DNA of 64,000 nucleotides from a virus. Taxonomy: Duplodnaviria; Heunggongvirae; Uroviricota; Caudoviricetes. The position numbers and the translations under genes are program-made. The notes below the pieces were generated by a model. That model was not told the DNA's origin. It was given only the letters and a program-made list of their open reading frames with translations, and ran no database searches. Below, in pieces: positions 12,291 through 20,909 of this stretch. The stretch spans positions 1 through 64,000 of the IMG/VR virus record IMGVR_UViG_3300012016_000001; one strand, given 5' to 3'. Numbering within the stretch: the stretch's first letter is position 1; the number at the start of each line of letters is the position of its first letter.

Positions 12291-12320
12291 AACTCACTGG
12301 TTTGCGAAAATAGGTGAGTT
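12291..12320 (+). ncRNA. conserved-loop hairpin H3 (loop TGGTTTGCGAAAATAG), 6 nt upstream of a tRNA
   Basis: Stem AACTCAC/GTGAGTT. Confidence 0.5.
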
Positions 12321-12325
12321 TAAAT

Positions 12326-12410
12326 GCTGCGTTCGACTAGTGGCTTAGGTCACAAGACTTTCAATCTTGTAGGATGAAAATCCTCAGGGGTTCGAATCCC
12401 CTACGCAGTA
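12326..12410 (+). tRNA. tRNA-Glu(TTC) with a 16-nt variable arm
   Basis: Acceptor GCTGCGT/ACGCAGT, anticodon arm CAAGA-CTTTCAA-TCTTG, variable arm T-AGGAT-GAAA-ATCCT-C, T-arm AGGGG-TTCGAAT-CCCCT. Confidence 0.75.
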
Positions 12411-12414
12411 CTAA

Positions 12415-12488
12415 GGGAGCTTAGTTCAGTGGTTTAGAACACTGCCCCTACAAGGCAGGAGTCGATAGTTCGAATCTATCAGTTCCCA
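12415..12488 (+). tRNA. tRNA-Val(TAC) with C at position 33
   Basis: Acceptor GGGAGCT/AGTTCCC, anticodon arm CTGCC-CCTACAA-GGCAG, T-arm GATAG-TTCGAAT-CTATC. Confidence 0.8.
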
Positions 12489-12515
12489 CGACAACTTTGT
12501 AAATCAACTGGGAAA

Positions 12516-12556
12516 AGCCTGGACAGTGCGAAATATCATTGTCTAGGCTTTTATTG
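12516..12556 (+). terminator. rho-independent terminator closing the tRNA array
   Basis: AGCCTGGAC (12516-12524) pairs with GTCTAGGCT (12541-12549), followed by TTTTATT. Confidence 0.65.
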
Positions 12557-12591
12557 TGTTATGTTTATCTTAATATTAGTACTTTGCCTTG

Positions 12592-12627
12592 TTTGGTTTA
12601 TTTACCAATTATTAGAGATTAGATTTG
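12592..12627 (+). promoter_or_regulatory. possible Bacteroidota-type promoter (-33 TTTG, -7 TAGATTTG)
   Basis: TAGATTTG at 12620-12627 matches TAnnTTTG. An upstream TTTG lies at 12592-12595, a spacing somewhat longer than the consensus. Confidence 0.25.
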
Positions 12628-12688
12628 ATATGCCTTTTATATGGTTTACATGGAAAGGTAATAGAAATTATATTAGATTATTTTAACT

Positions 12689-13108
12689 ATGTTAGATTAT
12701 GAGATTTACACTGATGGTGCTTATAGCAACACCAGAAATCAAGGCGGAATTGGAATTGTAATAATTAAAGATGGAGAATACGTATATAAGTATTCTAAAG
12801 GCTTTGAGAATACAACCAATAATCGAATGGAAATGATGGCAGTAATGGCAGCATTAAATGCTATTAAAAATCCAATCAATTCTTTAGTTATCTATACAGA
12901 TAGTCAGTATGTTATAGGATGTGCTACTCTTGGATGGAAACGTAAAAAGAATGTAGAATTGTGGATGAAGTTCGATAAGGTATTTGAGCAGGCTACGAAG
13001 CTTGTCAAAACTCCAATTCGTTTTGAGCATGTAAAAGGTCATGCTGATAACGTTTATAATAATCTTTGTGACGAGATAGCAGTAAATGCTTCTCACGAGG
13101 TATTATAA
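12689..13108 (+). CDS. rnhA: ribonuclease HI
   Basis: YTDGA...MEMMAVMAAL...IYTDSQYV...VKGHADNVYN, the RNase H DEDD-type motif order. Confidence 0.85.
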   Translation: MLDYEIYTDGAYSNTRNQGGIGIVIIKDGEYVYKYSKGFENTTNNRMEMMAVMAALNAIKNPINSLVIYTDSQYVIGCATLGWKRKKNVELWMKFDKVFEQATKLVKTPIRFEHVKGHADNVYNNLCDEIAVNASHEVL

Positions 13109-13150
13109 ACGGGGGTGCCAGGAAAATCCTGGTGCCCCCGTCAACTTTTG
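13109..13150 (+). terminator. rho-independent terminator-like hairpin
   Basis: 15-bp stem ACGGGGGTGCCAGGA/TCCTGGTGCCCCCGT followed by a weak T-run. Confidence 0.55.
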
Positions 13151-13154
13151 TTAA

Positions 13155-13364
13155 ATGGCAAAATTTATTATGAAACAATACATAGACAAAGACGCTTTAG
13201 TAGCGGAGATAAAAAGAAGAATGGATGAGAACCGAGAAAAACAGTCATTACCTCAATATTTTGGTATGATTGAAGAAGATTTAAACATTCTTTCTTTCCT
13301 TGACACCCTCGAAGTGAAAGAGGTAGACTTAGAGGAAGAAAATAAAAAAGTATATAAAAGATAA
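13155..13364 (+). CDS. hypothetical protein
   Basis: 69-aa ORF. Confidence 0.45.
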   Translation: MAKFIMKQYIDKDALVAEIKRRMDENREKQSLPQYFGMIEEDLNILSFLDTLEVKEVDLEEENKKVYKR

Positions 13365-13380
13365 TACTTGTGGTTACTGT

Positions 13381-13611
13381 GTGCCAGGAACTGAAGAATC
13401 TTCCAAATATTTTTTTGAACTTGGGCTTCAAACAAGAATTGATAAAGAACTTGTTAAAGAATTATATTCTCATATTGATAGTATTAAAGATACTGCCGAT
13501 AGAATGACAAGTGGTAATTTTATGCACAATAGAGCAGCAATCAAGTTTTCAGCAAACACTATTGCAAAAGTATTAGAACTGATGGGTCTTAAAGTACAGA
13601 AAGGAGAATAA
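13381..13611 (+). CDS. hypothetical protein (GTG start)
   Basis: 76-aa ORF with no ATG start available. Confidence 0.35.
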   Translation: MPGTEESSKYFFELGLQTRIDKELVKELYSHIDSIKDTADRMTSGNFMHNRAAIKFSANTIAKVLELMGLKVQKGE

Positions 13612-13614
13612 GTT

Positions 13615-13812
13615 ATGAAACAAGATAATAAAGATTTATGTAAAACTTGTAAACATTATTGGAAAGATTTTCCATTACCTTTAGATAGGGTTATATCTCA
13701 TTGTGAAATTCTCGATGAAAAATATGGATTATCTATAAACATGGATGATAAAGTTCCATATCCTTGTTTAAAATGCCCATTTAATTCATATATTAAAAAT
13801 GAAAAGTTATGA
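13615..13812 (+). CDS. small Cys-rich (zinc-binding-like) protein
   Basis: CKTCKHY...CEILD...CLKCPF. Confidence 0.45.
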   Translation: MKQDNKDLCKTCKHYWKDFPLPLDRVISHCEILDEKYGLSINMDDKVPYPCLKCPFNSYIKNEKL

Positions 13813-14264
13813 ACCAAGAAGATAAAAAACTATTACTGAAAGACCTTTGTGCAAGATTGCCATATAGAGTAATTGTAGATTATGCTTATAATACCTTCAA
13901 AAATGGGTTAAAAGAGGGTAAATTAACTATTCTTACTTGTAATCTATTAAGCACATTCATATCACCTAGAATGAATGAGACTAATGAATATATTAAGCCA
14001 TATCTCCGTCCAATGTCTTTAATGACTGAAGGAGAATTTAAAAAACTAAAAGAGTATAGTGGATTGAAATATGAACAACTTGATTTAGCTTCATTTCAAA
14101 ATGGTACATATAAATGCCTTGATTTCTATTTATCAGAAGTGCCATCTTATATTGTAATATTAGTATTTGATTGGCTCAATGCACACCATTTTGACTATAG
14201 AGATCTGATTAAGCGTAATTTAGCAATTGCTGTAACAGAAGAGAATAACCCTTATGAGAATTAA
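13809..14264 (+). CDS. hypothetical protein, paralog family A (copy 1)
   Basis: Shares MxQEDKxLLLKDLxARLPY and NxHHFDYRxLI with ORF 14484-14873. Confidence 0.55.
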   Translation: MNQEDKKLLLKDLCARLPYRVIVDYAYNTFKNGLKEGKLTILTCNLLSTFISPRMNETNEYIKPYLRPMSLMTEGEFKKLKEYSGLKYEQLDLASFQNGTYKCLDFYLSEVPSYIVILVFDWLNAHHFDYRDLIKRNLAIAVTEENNPYEN

Positions 14265-14487
14265 AATTGGACACGGAACAAATGGCTATATTTTTGAAGA
14301 GATAGAAAAAGTAAAAGCTTGTAATTATTGTATACATTTTAAAGGTTATGGTTTACATGCTTGCAGTGGTCATTGTTCCAAGTTTGGTAAAGATGTTAAT
14401 GGAGGTTATATTGGTGTTTACTCTGAAACAGCAATAGAGTGTGGTGATTTTGAAGTAAGACCTGAACTATTAAAAATAAATATATGA
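14254..14487 (+). CDS. hypothetical protein
   Basis: 77-aa ORF. Confidence 0.4.
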   Translation: MRIKIGHGTNGYIFEEIEKVKACNYCIHFKGYGLHACSGHCSKFGKDVNGGYIGVYSETAIECGDFEVRPELLKINI

Positions 14488-14873
14488 AACAAGAAGATAA
14501 AGAACTACTATTAAAAGACCTTAGTGCAAGATTACCTTATGGAGTAAAGGTACAAGTCGGCGAGGATATGTGTATGACACTTAGGCAAATTGATTCTAAT
14601 TGTTTTTGCGAGTGTTGGGGAAATGAAGATTTTAAATGTCATTCAAGGTGGATGCTTCCATTCCTCCGCCCAATGTCAAGCATGACTGAGGAAGAAAAAG
14701 AAGAATATATTAGTATTAAACAAGGAGAATGCAATGGTTGTGTTCTTACAGGAAAAGGTGACCAGAATACAGAATTTTTATTGGTAGATTTTTTCAATTC
14801 TCATCATTTTGACTATCGTGGTCTAATTGAGAAAGGTCTTGCGTTAGAAGCACCTGAAGGAATGTATAAATGA
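14484..14873 (+). CDS. hypothetical protein, paralog family A (copy 2)
   Basis: See 13809-14264. Confidence 0.55.
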   Translation: MKQEDKELLLKDLSARLPYGVKVQVGEDMCMTLRQIDSNCFCECWGNEDFKCHSRWMLPFLRPMSSMTEEEKEEYISIKQGECNGCVLTGKGDQNTEFLLVDFFNSHHFDYRGLIEKGLALEAPEGMYK

Positions 14874-15046
14874 TTGTTATGATTACAATAATTAAAAATT
14901 ATATTCAATGTGATGAGTGTAATACACACTTATCTTATGATAATAAAGATACTTATATTTCTTACAATTGGAATCATACACATCAGGTCTTATATGTAGA
15001 CTGTCCGAAATGTGGTAATACAATTGCAATAAAACGAATTGAATAA
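14870..15046 (+). CDS. small zinc-ribbon-like protein (58 aa, below track cutoff)
   Basis: ATGA overlap with the upstream gene. CDEC...CPKC motif pair. Stop lies 2 nt before the next ATG. Confidence 0.4.
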   Translation: MIVMITIIKNYIQCDECNTHLSYDNKDTYISYNWNHTHQVLYVDCPKCGNTIAIKRIE

Positions 15047-15048
15047 CT

Positions 15049-15396
15049 ATGGCAACAATTAAGAAAGAAGAATATCCAATAAAAAATAATGGATTTTATT
15101 GTTTAGGTAAATACTATGACTGTAAATTTGCAATTAAGCGGGATATTAAAATGATTCTGCAAGAAGCCAAAGCGTCTCATAAAGATACTTTTGATGAACT
15201 TTATGACAGGAGTACATTAAAGGCAAATAAAATTCAAATATTTGTAGATGAAGATGATGTTCCTATTTATGGAATGATTGTATATCTTATAGACTATAGC
15301 AACGGAAAAAATAGTAGGTATGCTTGTGGTGGATATTACCCATTTTGGGATGATAAACTTTTTCCGCATCCATATCAAGAAAGCATTTGTTGGTAA
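15049..15396 (+). CDS. hypothetical protein
   Basis: 115-aa ORF. Confidence 0.5.
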   Translation: MATIKKEEYPIKNNGFYCLGKYYDCKFAIKRDIKMILQEAKASHKDTFDELYDRSTLKANKIQIFVDEDDVPIYGMIVYLIDYSNGKNSRYACGGYYPFWDDKLFPHPYQESICW

Positions 15397-15411
15397 TAAA
15401 ATAGAATAATT

Positions 15412-15843
15412 ATGACAACAATTAAATCATATACAGATATAGAGCAAAGCTGTAAATTAGCAAAATTTCTGCCAATAGAAAGTGCAGATATGAAAATATT
15501 ACCTTTTACAGAGGAAGAGTATAGAGTGGTATTAATTAAAGATATCGCTGTATGTAATAGAGAGGATGAAATTCCATGTTGGTCACTCGCTGCATTACTA
15601 AATTTATTGCCAAGTGAGTTTACAGAAAAAGGTAAATATTCTACAACCACATATAAAATTAATATACGTAAATATAAGTTTACTGATGAAGTAGATTTAC
15701 ATCAAATTGCTTATGGTAGTTATAAATGGTATGAAGATGGCGGCTATACATGGAAAGATATGATAAACACTGGCGAAAAAGAAAATTTAATTGATGCTGC
15801 ATTTCAAATGATTTGTTGGTTAAAAGAAAATAATAAGTTATGA
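15412..15843 (+). CDS. hypothetical protein, paralog family B (copy 1)
   Basis: Shares KSYTDIEQSxKLAxxLPIESADM and PCWSLAxLL with 15840-16184. Confidence 0.55.
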   Translation: MTTIKSYTDIEQSCKLAKFLPIESADMKILPFTEEEYRVVLIKDIAVCNREDEIPCWSLAALLNLLPSEFTEKGKYSTTTYKINIRKYKFTDEVDLHQIAYGSYKWYEDGGYTWKDMINTGEKENLIDAAFQMICWLKENNKL

Positions 15844-16184
15844 AAAGTTATACAGACATAGAACAATCAAAGAAACTTGCAGAAATTTTACCAATTGAAA
15901 GTGCAGACATGTACTACCGTAACAATGGAATAGATGCAAAACTTATGTGGGAACACAATACTCCAGAGGTGAAATATCCTTGTTGGAGTCTTGCTGTACT
16001 ACTTAGTATTTTACCAGATTCAATATATAACAATACAAATGAGTTTAGTCAGCTGGAATTTTCAAAAAGAAGTGTTGCCTATCACGATATGAATGATGGA
16101 ATTAAAGTTGGTTCAATTAAAGACAATTTAGTTGATGCATGCTATGAAATGATTATCAAGCTACATAAATTAAATTTATTGTGA
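15840..16184 (+). CDS. hypothetical protein, paralog family B (copy 2)
   Basis: See 15412-15843. Confidence 0.55.
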   Translation: MKSYTDIEQSKKLAEILPIESADMYYRNNGIDAKLMWEHNTPEVKYPCWSLAVLLSILPDSIYNNTNEFSQLEFSKRSVAYHDMNDGIKVGSIKDNLVDACYEMIIKLHKLNLL

Positions 16185-17311
16185 TTATGGAAGAACTTAC
16201 TATAGAACAGAAAGCAAAAGCCTATGATGAGGCTTTAGAAAGGGCAAGAAAAGAACTACATATATGTGGTTCCATTGATTGTGATGCAACAAGACAAATA
16301 TTCAGATTTTTCCCCGAACTCAAAGAGAGCGAGGATGAGAAGATAAGAAAGTCATTACTTGAATATCTACATACGCTTCCAAATCATTATGCTCATAATG
16401 GTGTTTGTGCCCCTGAATGGATTGCTTGGCTTGAAGAGCAAGTTCCAGTTCATCTAAGTCATGATGATGAAATCATGATTAGGCAACTCACTGAGTATTT
16501 TACAACAGGTAAAGGATTGCAAAATACTAATGACACTGTTGTAGAATGGCTTACAGATATTAAAAGGAAACTTGAAAAGCAAGGCAAGCAGAAATCTATT
16601 GATGACTTAACTCAACAAGAGGCTATGGATATTGCTGTTGGCAAATGCTTTGAACAAGGTGAACAGAAAACTACAGACAAGGTCGAACCAAAGTTTAAGG
16701 TTCGTGATTGGGTAGTAGATAAGAATGGAATAGTTAAACAAATCTTATCTTATAAGGATGGTGTATATAGGCACACAGACGGCTATTCTGCAACAATATT
16801 TGAAGATGAGTGGAGAATGTGGGACATTATCCAAGACGCAAAAGATGGGGATATACTTGTTACTATGGATGATGAACGTCCATTTATATATAAAGGTTGT
16901 CTTGATTCTAACCATCCAGATTCACCTGTTGCATATTGCGGAATTAACAGTGAAGGACATTTTCAAATAGGTGGAGATAAGTTTGCCACTTGGTGGACAG
17001 ATAGAAAAGTTCAACCAGCAACTAAAGAACAGTGTGATACTCTACTTAAAGCAATGGCTAATGCAGGATATACATTTGACTTTGAAAAGAAAGAGTTGAA
17101 GAAGATTGAACAAAGTTCTACTTGGAGTAAAGAAGATAAACAATACTTCAATTTTCTTGAAAAACTATTAGAAAATCTACAAGTAAAATCAACAGAAAAT
17201 GAGATTAAAAAAGGAACTGTTAATAATAGCGAATATTATTATAAAGTCATACAATGGCTAAAATCTATCAAAGATAGATATACTTGGAAGTCTGACAAGA
17301 CTTTAAAATAA
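16181..17311 (+). CDS. hypothetical protein
   Basis: 376-aa ORF. Confidence 0.55.
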   Translation: MIMEELTIEQKAKAYDEALERARKELHICGSIDCDATRQIFRFFPELKESEDEKIRKSLLEYLHTLPNHYAHNGVCAPEWIAWLEEQVPVHLSHDDEIMIRQLTEYFTTGKGLQNTNDTVVEWLTDIKRKLEKQGKQKSIDDLTQQEAMDIAVGKCFEQGEQKTTDKVEPKFKVRDWVVDKNGIVKQILSYKDGVYRHTDGYSATIFEDEWRMWDIIQDAKDGDILVTMDDERPFIYKGCLDSNHPDSPVAYCGINSEGHFQIGGDKFATWWTDRKVQPATKEQCDTLLKAMANAGYTFDFEKKELKKIEQSSTWSKEDKQYFNFLEKLLENLQVKSTENEIKKGTVNNSEYYYKVIQWLKSIKDRYTWKSDKTLK

Positions 17312-17312
17312 C

Positions 17313-17537
17313 ATGCCAAAACAATTAACTTTTTTCCCAGAACTAGCTTTGAAACTAGTAACAGATTTAGATGAACTTGCAACTAAGTATTCTTCTAACA
17401 TTCCTATTCCACCTGAAATAGAAGATATAGCTGCTTGGAAAAAGAACACAGAGGAGCATTTTAAAGATGGTGCTAAGATGGTTCTTGCAGATGTTATAGA
17501 TTTGTTAAAAAAGTACACTAATTTACACGAAGTATGA
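17313..17537 (+). CDS. hypothetical protein
   Basis: 74-aa ORF. Confidence 0.45.
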   Translation: MPKQLTFFPELALKLVTDLDELATKYSSNIPIPPEIEDIAAWKKNTEEHFKDGAKMVLADVIDLLKKYTNLHEV

Positions 17538-17647
17538 AGTACAAGAAAATGGAGGCTTATTTAGAAGGTAAGCAAGCATGGTTTGATAAATTACCACAGA
17601 GTGTCAAGAACGGATTGAAAAGACCTGGTTCAGTAAAAACAAGATGA
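17534..17647 (+). CDS. small hypothetical protein (37 aa)
   Basis: ATGA overlaps at both ends fill the gap between track ORFs. Confidence 0.3.
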   Translation: MKYKKMEAYLEGKQAWFDKLPQSVKNGLKRPGSVKTR

Positions 17648-18072
17648 TAAACAGAGTTAAGAATACTATTACCCCTGGATTTACAAAGGAGAATCGAAGC
17701 TCTTTTACATATTGGTTTGCCCACTGGTGTGCTTTCCAAATGACTGCTCTTAATCTTAAAAAATGGAAACCTAAGTATCTCTTTCATGATTGGGAAAAGC
17801 CTTGGATGCGATTATTCTGTAGTTATTCTACGGTACAGAAATGGCATCGATATCATAGAAGGCATCATCCAGAATATGGATTAAAAAATGGATGGGATAA
17901 AGTAGATTGGGACGAAATGATTATAGATTGGGAATCTTGTCATTATACAAAAATAGCGCAACCCTTAAATGTTATAGAAACTTTGAATTCTTTATATTGG
18001 GATAAGCCATATTTTTATATAATGCAAGATAATATTCTACCACGAGTAAAGAAACTAATAATTAATAATTAA
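17644..18072 (+). CDS. hypothetical protein (His-rich WHRYHRRHHPEY segment)
   Basis: 142-aa ORF. Confidence 0.5.
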   Translation: MINRVKNTITPGFTKENRSSFTYWFAHWCAFQMTALNLKKWKPKYLFHDWEKPWMRLFCSYSTVQKWHRYHRRHHPEYGLKNGWDKVDWDEMIIDWESCHYTKIAQPLNVIETLNSLYWDKPYFYIMQDNILPRVKKLIINN

Positions 18073-18074
18073 AT

Positions 18075-18275
18075 ATGAAATTAACTTGGACAAACGCTGT
18101 CTATTTACTAATATGGTTTGTATTAGTTATATTAGGTTTAGATTTAGCACTAGGATGGTTAAACCTTCCTAGTACTTTGGCTAACATCGGAGGATTATTC
18201 CTAATTTTCTCTATAGTTTTTATCTCTGTTAAAACAAAATTATTTACAAATTTTAAAAACCTATTTAAAAAATGA
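18075..18275 (+). CDS. small membrane protein
   Basis: Two hydrophobic segments. Confidence 0.45.
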   Translation: MKLTWTNAVYLLIWFVLVILGLDLALGWLNLPSTLANIGGLFLIFSIVFISVKTKLFTNFKNLFKK

Positions 18276-19057
18276 AGAAAATTTTAATTGGTGTAGTCAT
18301 GGCCTTAATGGCCTTAACTAGTTTAACTAGTTGTGAGCGTGTTGACGCTGGTTGTGAAGGTATCAAGGTATCTCTTTATGGAGATGATCGTGGTATCGGT
18401 GATGTAAATCTGTGTACTGGATGGGTATTCTATAACCCTTGGACAACTCAGATTTACGAGTATCCTACTTATGTCCAGACCGTTGATTATGAACCGTTTC
18501 AAATCAATGCGAAGGATGGATCTAAATTTACAATTGATCCGAATATTAACATTAAAATTGAGGATGGTAAGAGTCCACAAGTCTTCAAAAAGTATCGAAA
18601 AGAGTTAGTTGATGTCATTAATGGGCCTGTACTCAAGTACATTAAAGATGCTTGCCGTATTGAAATCAATAAATTCACTACTGATGAAATTGTATCTAAT
18701 AGAGAATCAGTTGAGAATGCTATTGAAAGAAGATTGGCTGCATCTTTAGTTAAGGAAGGTTTCATTCTTGACCAGTTTACTTCAGGACTGCAATATCCAG
18801 AAACTATCGTTGAGGCTATTAATGCAAAGAACAAAGCTGTACAAGAAGCACAAAAGGCTGAAAACGAAGTAAAGGTTGCAGAAGCTGAAGCTCGTAAGTT
18901 GGTTGTAGCAGCTCAAGCAGAAAAAGAAGCTAATGAACTGAGACAGCAAGCTCTAACTCCGGAGATATTGCAAAAGATGTGGATTGAAAAATGGGATGGC
19001 AACTTACCTACTACTTTAGCAGGTCAGAGTTCTGTTCTATATATTCCCACAAAGTAA
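18272..19057 (+). CDS. SPFH/band-7 (prohibitin/HflC-like) domain lipoprotein
   Basis: Signal peptide with lipobox LTSC. C-terminal Ala/Glu/Lys-rich coiled coil typical of the SPFH family. Confidence 0.6.
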   Translation: MKKILIGVVMALMALTSLTSCERVDAGCEGIKVSLYGDDRGIGDVNLCTGWVFYNPWTTQIYEYPTYVQTVDYEPFQINAKDGSKFTIDPNINIKIEDGKSPQVFKKYRKELVDVINGPVLKYIKDACRIEINKFTTDEIVSNRESVENAIERRLAASLVKEGFILDQFTSGLQYPETIVEAINAKNKAVQEAQKAENEVKVAEAEARKLVVAAQAEKEANELRQQALTPEILQKMWIEKWDGNLPTTLAGQSSVLYIPTK

Positions 19058-19080
19058 CTATTTAAAAAGGAAAATTAGGA

Positions 19081-19314
19081 ATGATAATTAGTTTGGTTAT
19101 TTCAATCATATTGCTTCATATAGCAAATAATACCAAGATAGATGGACAACCACTTCCTTATTGGGCTATGGTTTGCATGGTAGCAATTAGCTTAGCCTCT
19201 TGGCAATCAGCTATTGTAATGCTCTTTATTGCAATTGTAACCCTTTATAAAGGTATTAAAACCGGAGAGATTAGTACTTTAGAATGGATTGAAGACCTTG
19301 TAAATGATCGATGA
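19081..19314 (+). CDS. small membrane protein
   Basis: Two transmembrane-like segments. Confidence 0.45.
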   Translation: MIISLVISIILLHIANNTKIDGQPLPYWAMVCMVAISLASWQSAIVMLFIAIVTLYKGIKTGEISTLEWIEDLVNDR

Positions 19315-19726
19315 TTTTGTTATTCTATCTAGTACCGAAATAGTAAGGTACAAAAATAAACCTTGGTTCAATACAGAAGTTTTCAAACTAACTAGCTTTT
19401 GTGGATACGAGAGTTATATAGTTCCAAAATCAAGACTGGAAGAAAAAGATCCAGAACTTATTGATGAGCTTATTGAAGATTTCGATTGGAACAAGGTAAA
19501 AAGAATAATGGAAGAGTTAAATTGGACATGGTGGGGTAGTGATAATCCTCCTACTATTGAAGAAATGCAAGAGATGGTTCGTAGTTTATATTCTAGTATA
19601 AAAAATAGAGTAGAAAATAACGAATATTGTTTTTGCTCTTCAGGAGGATTTAATCTTACTTTTAATCCAGATAATGAACTTTCTTTAGTTTTTGAAGCTG
19701 TAACAGGCGCAGTCTATAAAGAGTAA
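19304..19726 (+). CDS. hypothetical protein
   Basis: 140-aa ORF. Confidence 0.5.
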   Translation: MIDDFVILSSTEIVRYKNKPWFNTEVFKLTSFCGYESYIVPKSRLEEKDPELIDELIEDFDWNKVKRIMEELNWTWWGSDNPPTIEEMQEMVRSLYSSIKNRVENNEYCFCSSGGFNLTFNPDNELSLVFEAVTGAVYKE

Positions 19727-19727
19727 T

Positions 19728-20204
19728 ATGAGCCTCTCGAAAAGACAGGAGTATAAAAGATTGAAGACTAGTCTTGATAGACTATTTGTATTTCTTCACA
19801 AAAACTATAATATTAATTATGGTGGATGTTGCTGGCTGTCATATTGTTTAGCAAATAATTTAGAAAGATTAGGCATTAATTACGATCTTATTTTATATAC
19901 AGACGAGGATTATACAGAAAAAGATGCTTACTACAACATTAAAGATAGAGTTGAAAATGAATTTCCTACTGGGGATGAAACAACTAATCACTATACTCTT
20001 AGGGTAAGAGGTATGGGAATCCTTAACAAGGACCCAGGTGAACCCTTTATTGTTGTACATGGTATTGATTCTGAAGACCTTAAATGGATATATGATAATG
20101 GAGATTGGAATAAATGCTACAACCCAAAGATTAATTATGAAATTAAAAACTTAGTAGACATAACCTTCAGAATTTATGAAGAAGAAACCAGAGAAATTGC
20201 TTGA
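19728..20204 (+). CDS. hypothetical protein
   Basis: 158-aa ORF. Confidence 0.5.
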   Translation: MSLSKRQEYKRLKTSLDRLFVFLHKNYNINYGGCCWLSYCLANNLERLGINYDLILYTDEDYTEKDAYYNIKDRVENEFPTGDETTNHYTLRVRGMGILNKDPGEPFIVVHGIDSEDLKWIYDNGDWNKCYNPKINYEIKNLVDITFRIYEEETREIA

Positions 20205-20205
20205 C

Positions 20206-20412
20206 ATGCAATGTAAGCGTTGTGGGAAAGTGACCCACCACTACCTCTCTAAAAATGGAGAGATTGGCGAGTACAAATGTGTACGTTGTCAAACAACTAA
20301 TAAAACAATTAAAGTGAAGCCTGAACGTAAAGTTGTCTTTGAAATGGATGCTGAATTTGAGGCTGAACTTAACGCTGGACAAGCTAATGTCAATAATCCC
20401 AGTTCAATCTAA
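20206..20412 (+). CDS. small zinc-ribbon protein
   Basis: CKRCG...CVRCQ. The internal ATG at 20206 follows the upstream stop. Confidence 0.45.
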   Translation: MQCKRCGKVTHHYLSKNGEIGEYKCVRCQTTNKTIKVKPERKVVFEMDAEFEAELNAGQANVNNPSSI

Positions 20413-20423
20413 ATTTACAAAGT

Positions 20424-20909
20424 ATGATTAACAACTCGAATTCTCCTGCTCCTAAAGTAGTTCGGGCAGATGATGAAGATCGTTGGATTGATATCCACGA
20501 TCACGACCTGATGGTATCCCTAGGTATACAACAGCCTTTTTATGAAGGACGTGACCCTTCTGTATGGAGTAAGACTCCAGATGAAAAGGAAAAACTCAGA
20601 GTCTTAAAAGACCGTTGTACTACTATATTACCACGTCCTTGGCCCTATATAGAGCCAAGAGTACCCTTCTATGGTAAGCTTATTGTTCGTATTCGTCCTA
20701 GCAATAAGTTTAAATTCTTCGATAAGCACAAGAACGAACAGAAGAAGACCTACTTCTCTCATAAGCACGTGTGCATATCAGACATTCCTAACATACTGGC
20801 TCAATACTATGTATGGAAGGACAAAGCCCGTCAGACGTTGGTAATATCGTATACTTGGAATGGCAAAACCTACTCCTACAACGAGTTACCTAACTCCAGA
20901 TGGAAGTAG
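20424..20909 (+). CDS. hypothetical protein (TAG stop)
   Basis: 161-aa ORF. Confidence 0.5.
   Translation: MINNSNSPAPKVVRADDEDRWIDIHDHDLMVSLGIQQPFYEGRDPSVWSKTPDEKEKLRVLKDRCTTILPRPWPYIEPRVPFYGKLIVRIRPSNKFKFFDKHKNEQKKTYFSHKHVCISDIPNILAQYYVWKDKARQTLVISYTWNGKTYSYNELPNSRWK

Noticed and set aside
13341-13381. The A6G run (AATAAAAAAGTA) near the end of ORF 13155-13364 as a programmed frameshift site fusing it to the GTG-start ORF 13381-13611.
   Set aside because: The required shift is +1 rather than the -1 expected for an A-AAA-AAG heptamer in this frame. The downstream frame contains TAGs just upstream, and there is no stimulatory structure. It is kept as two separate ORFs.
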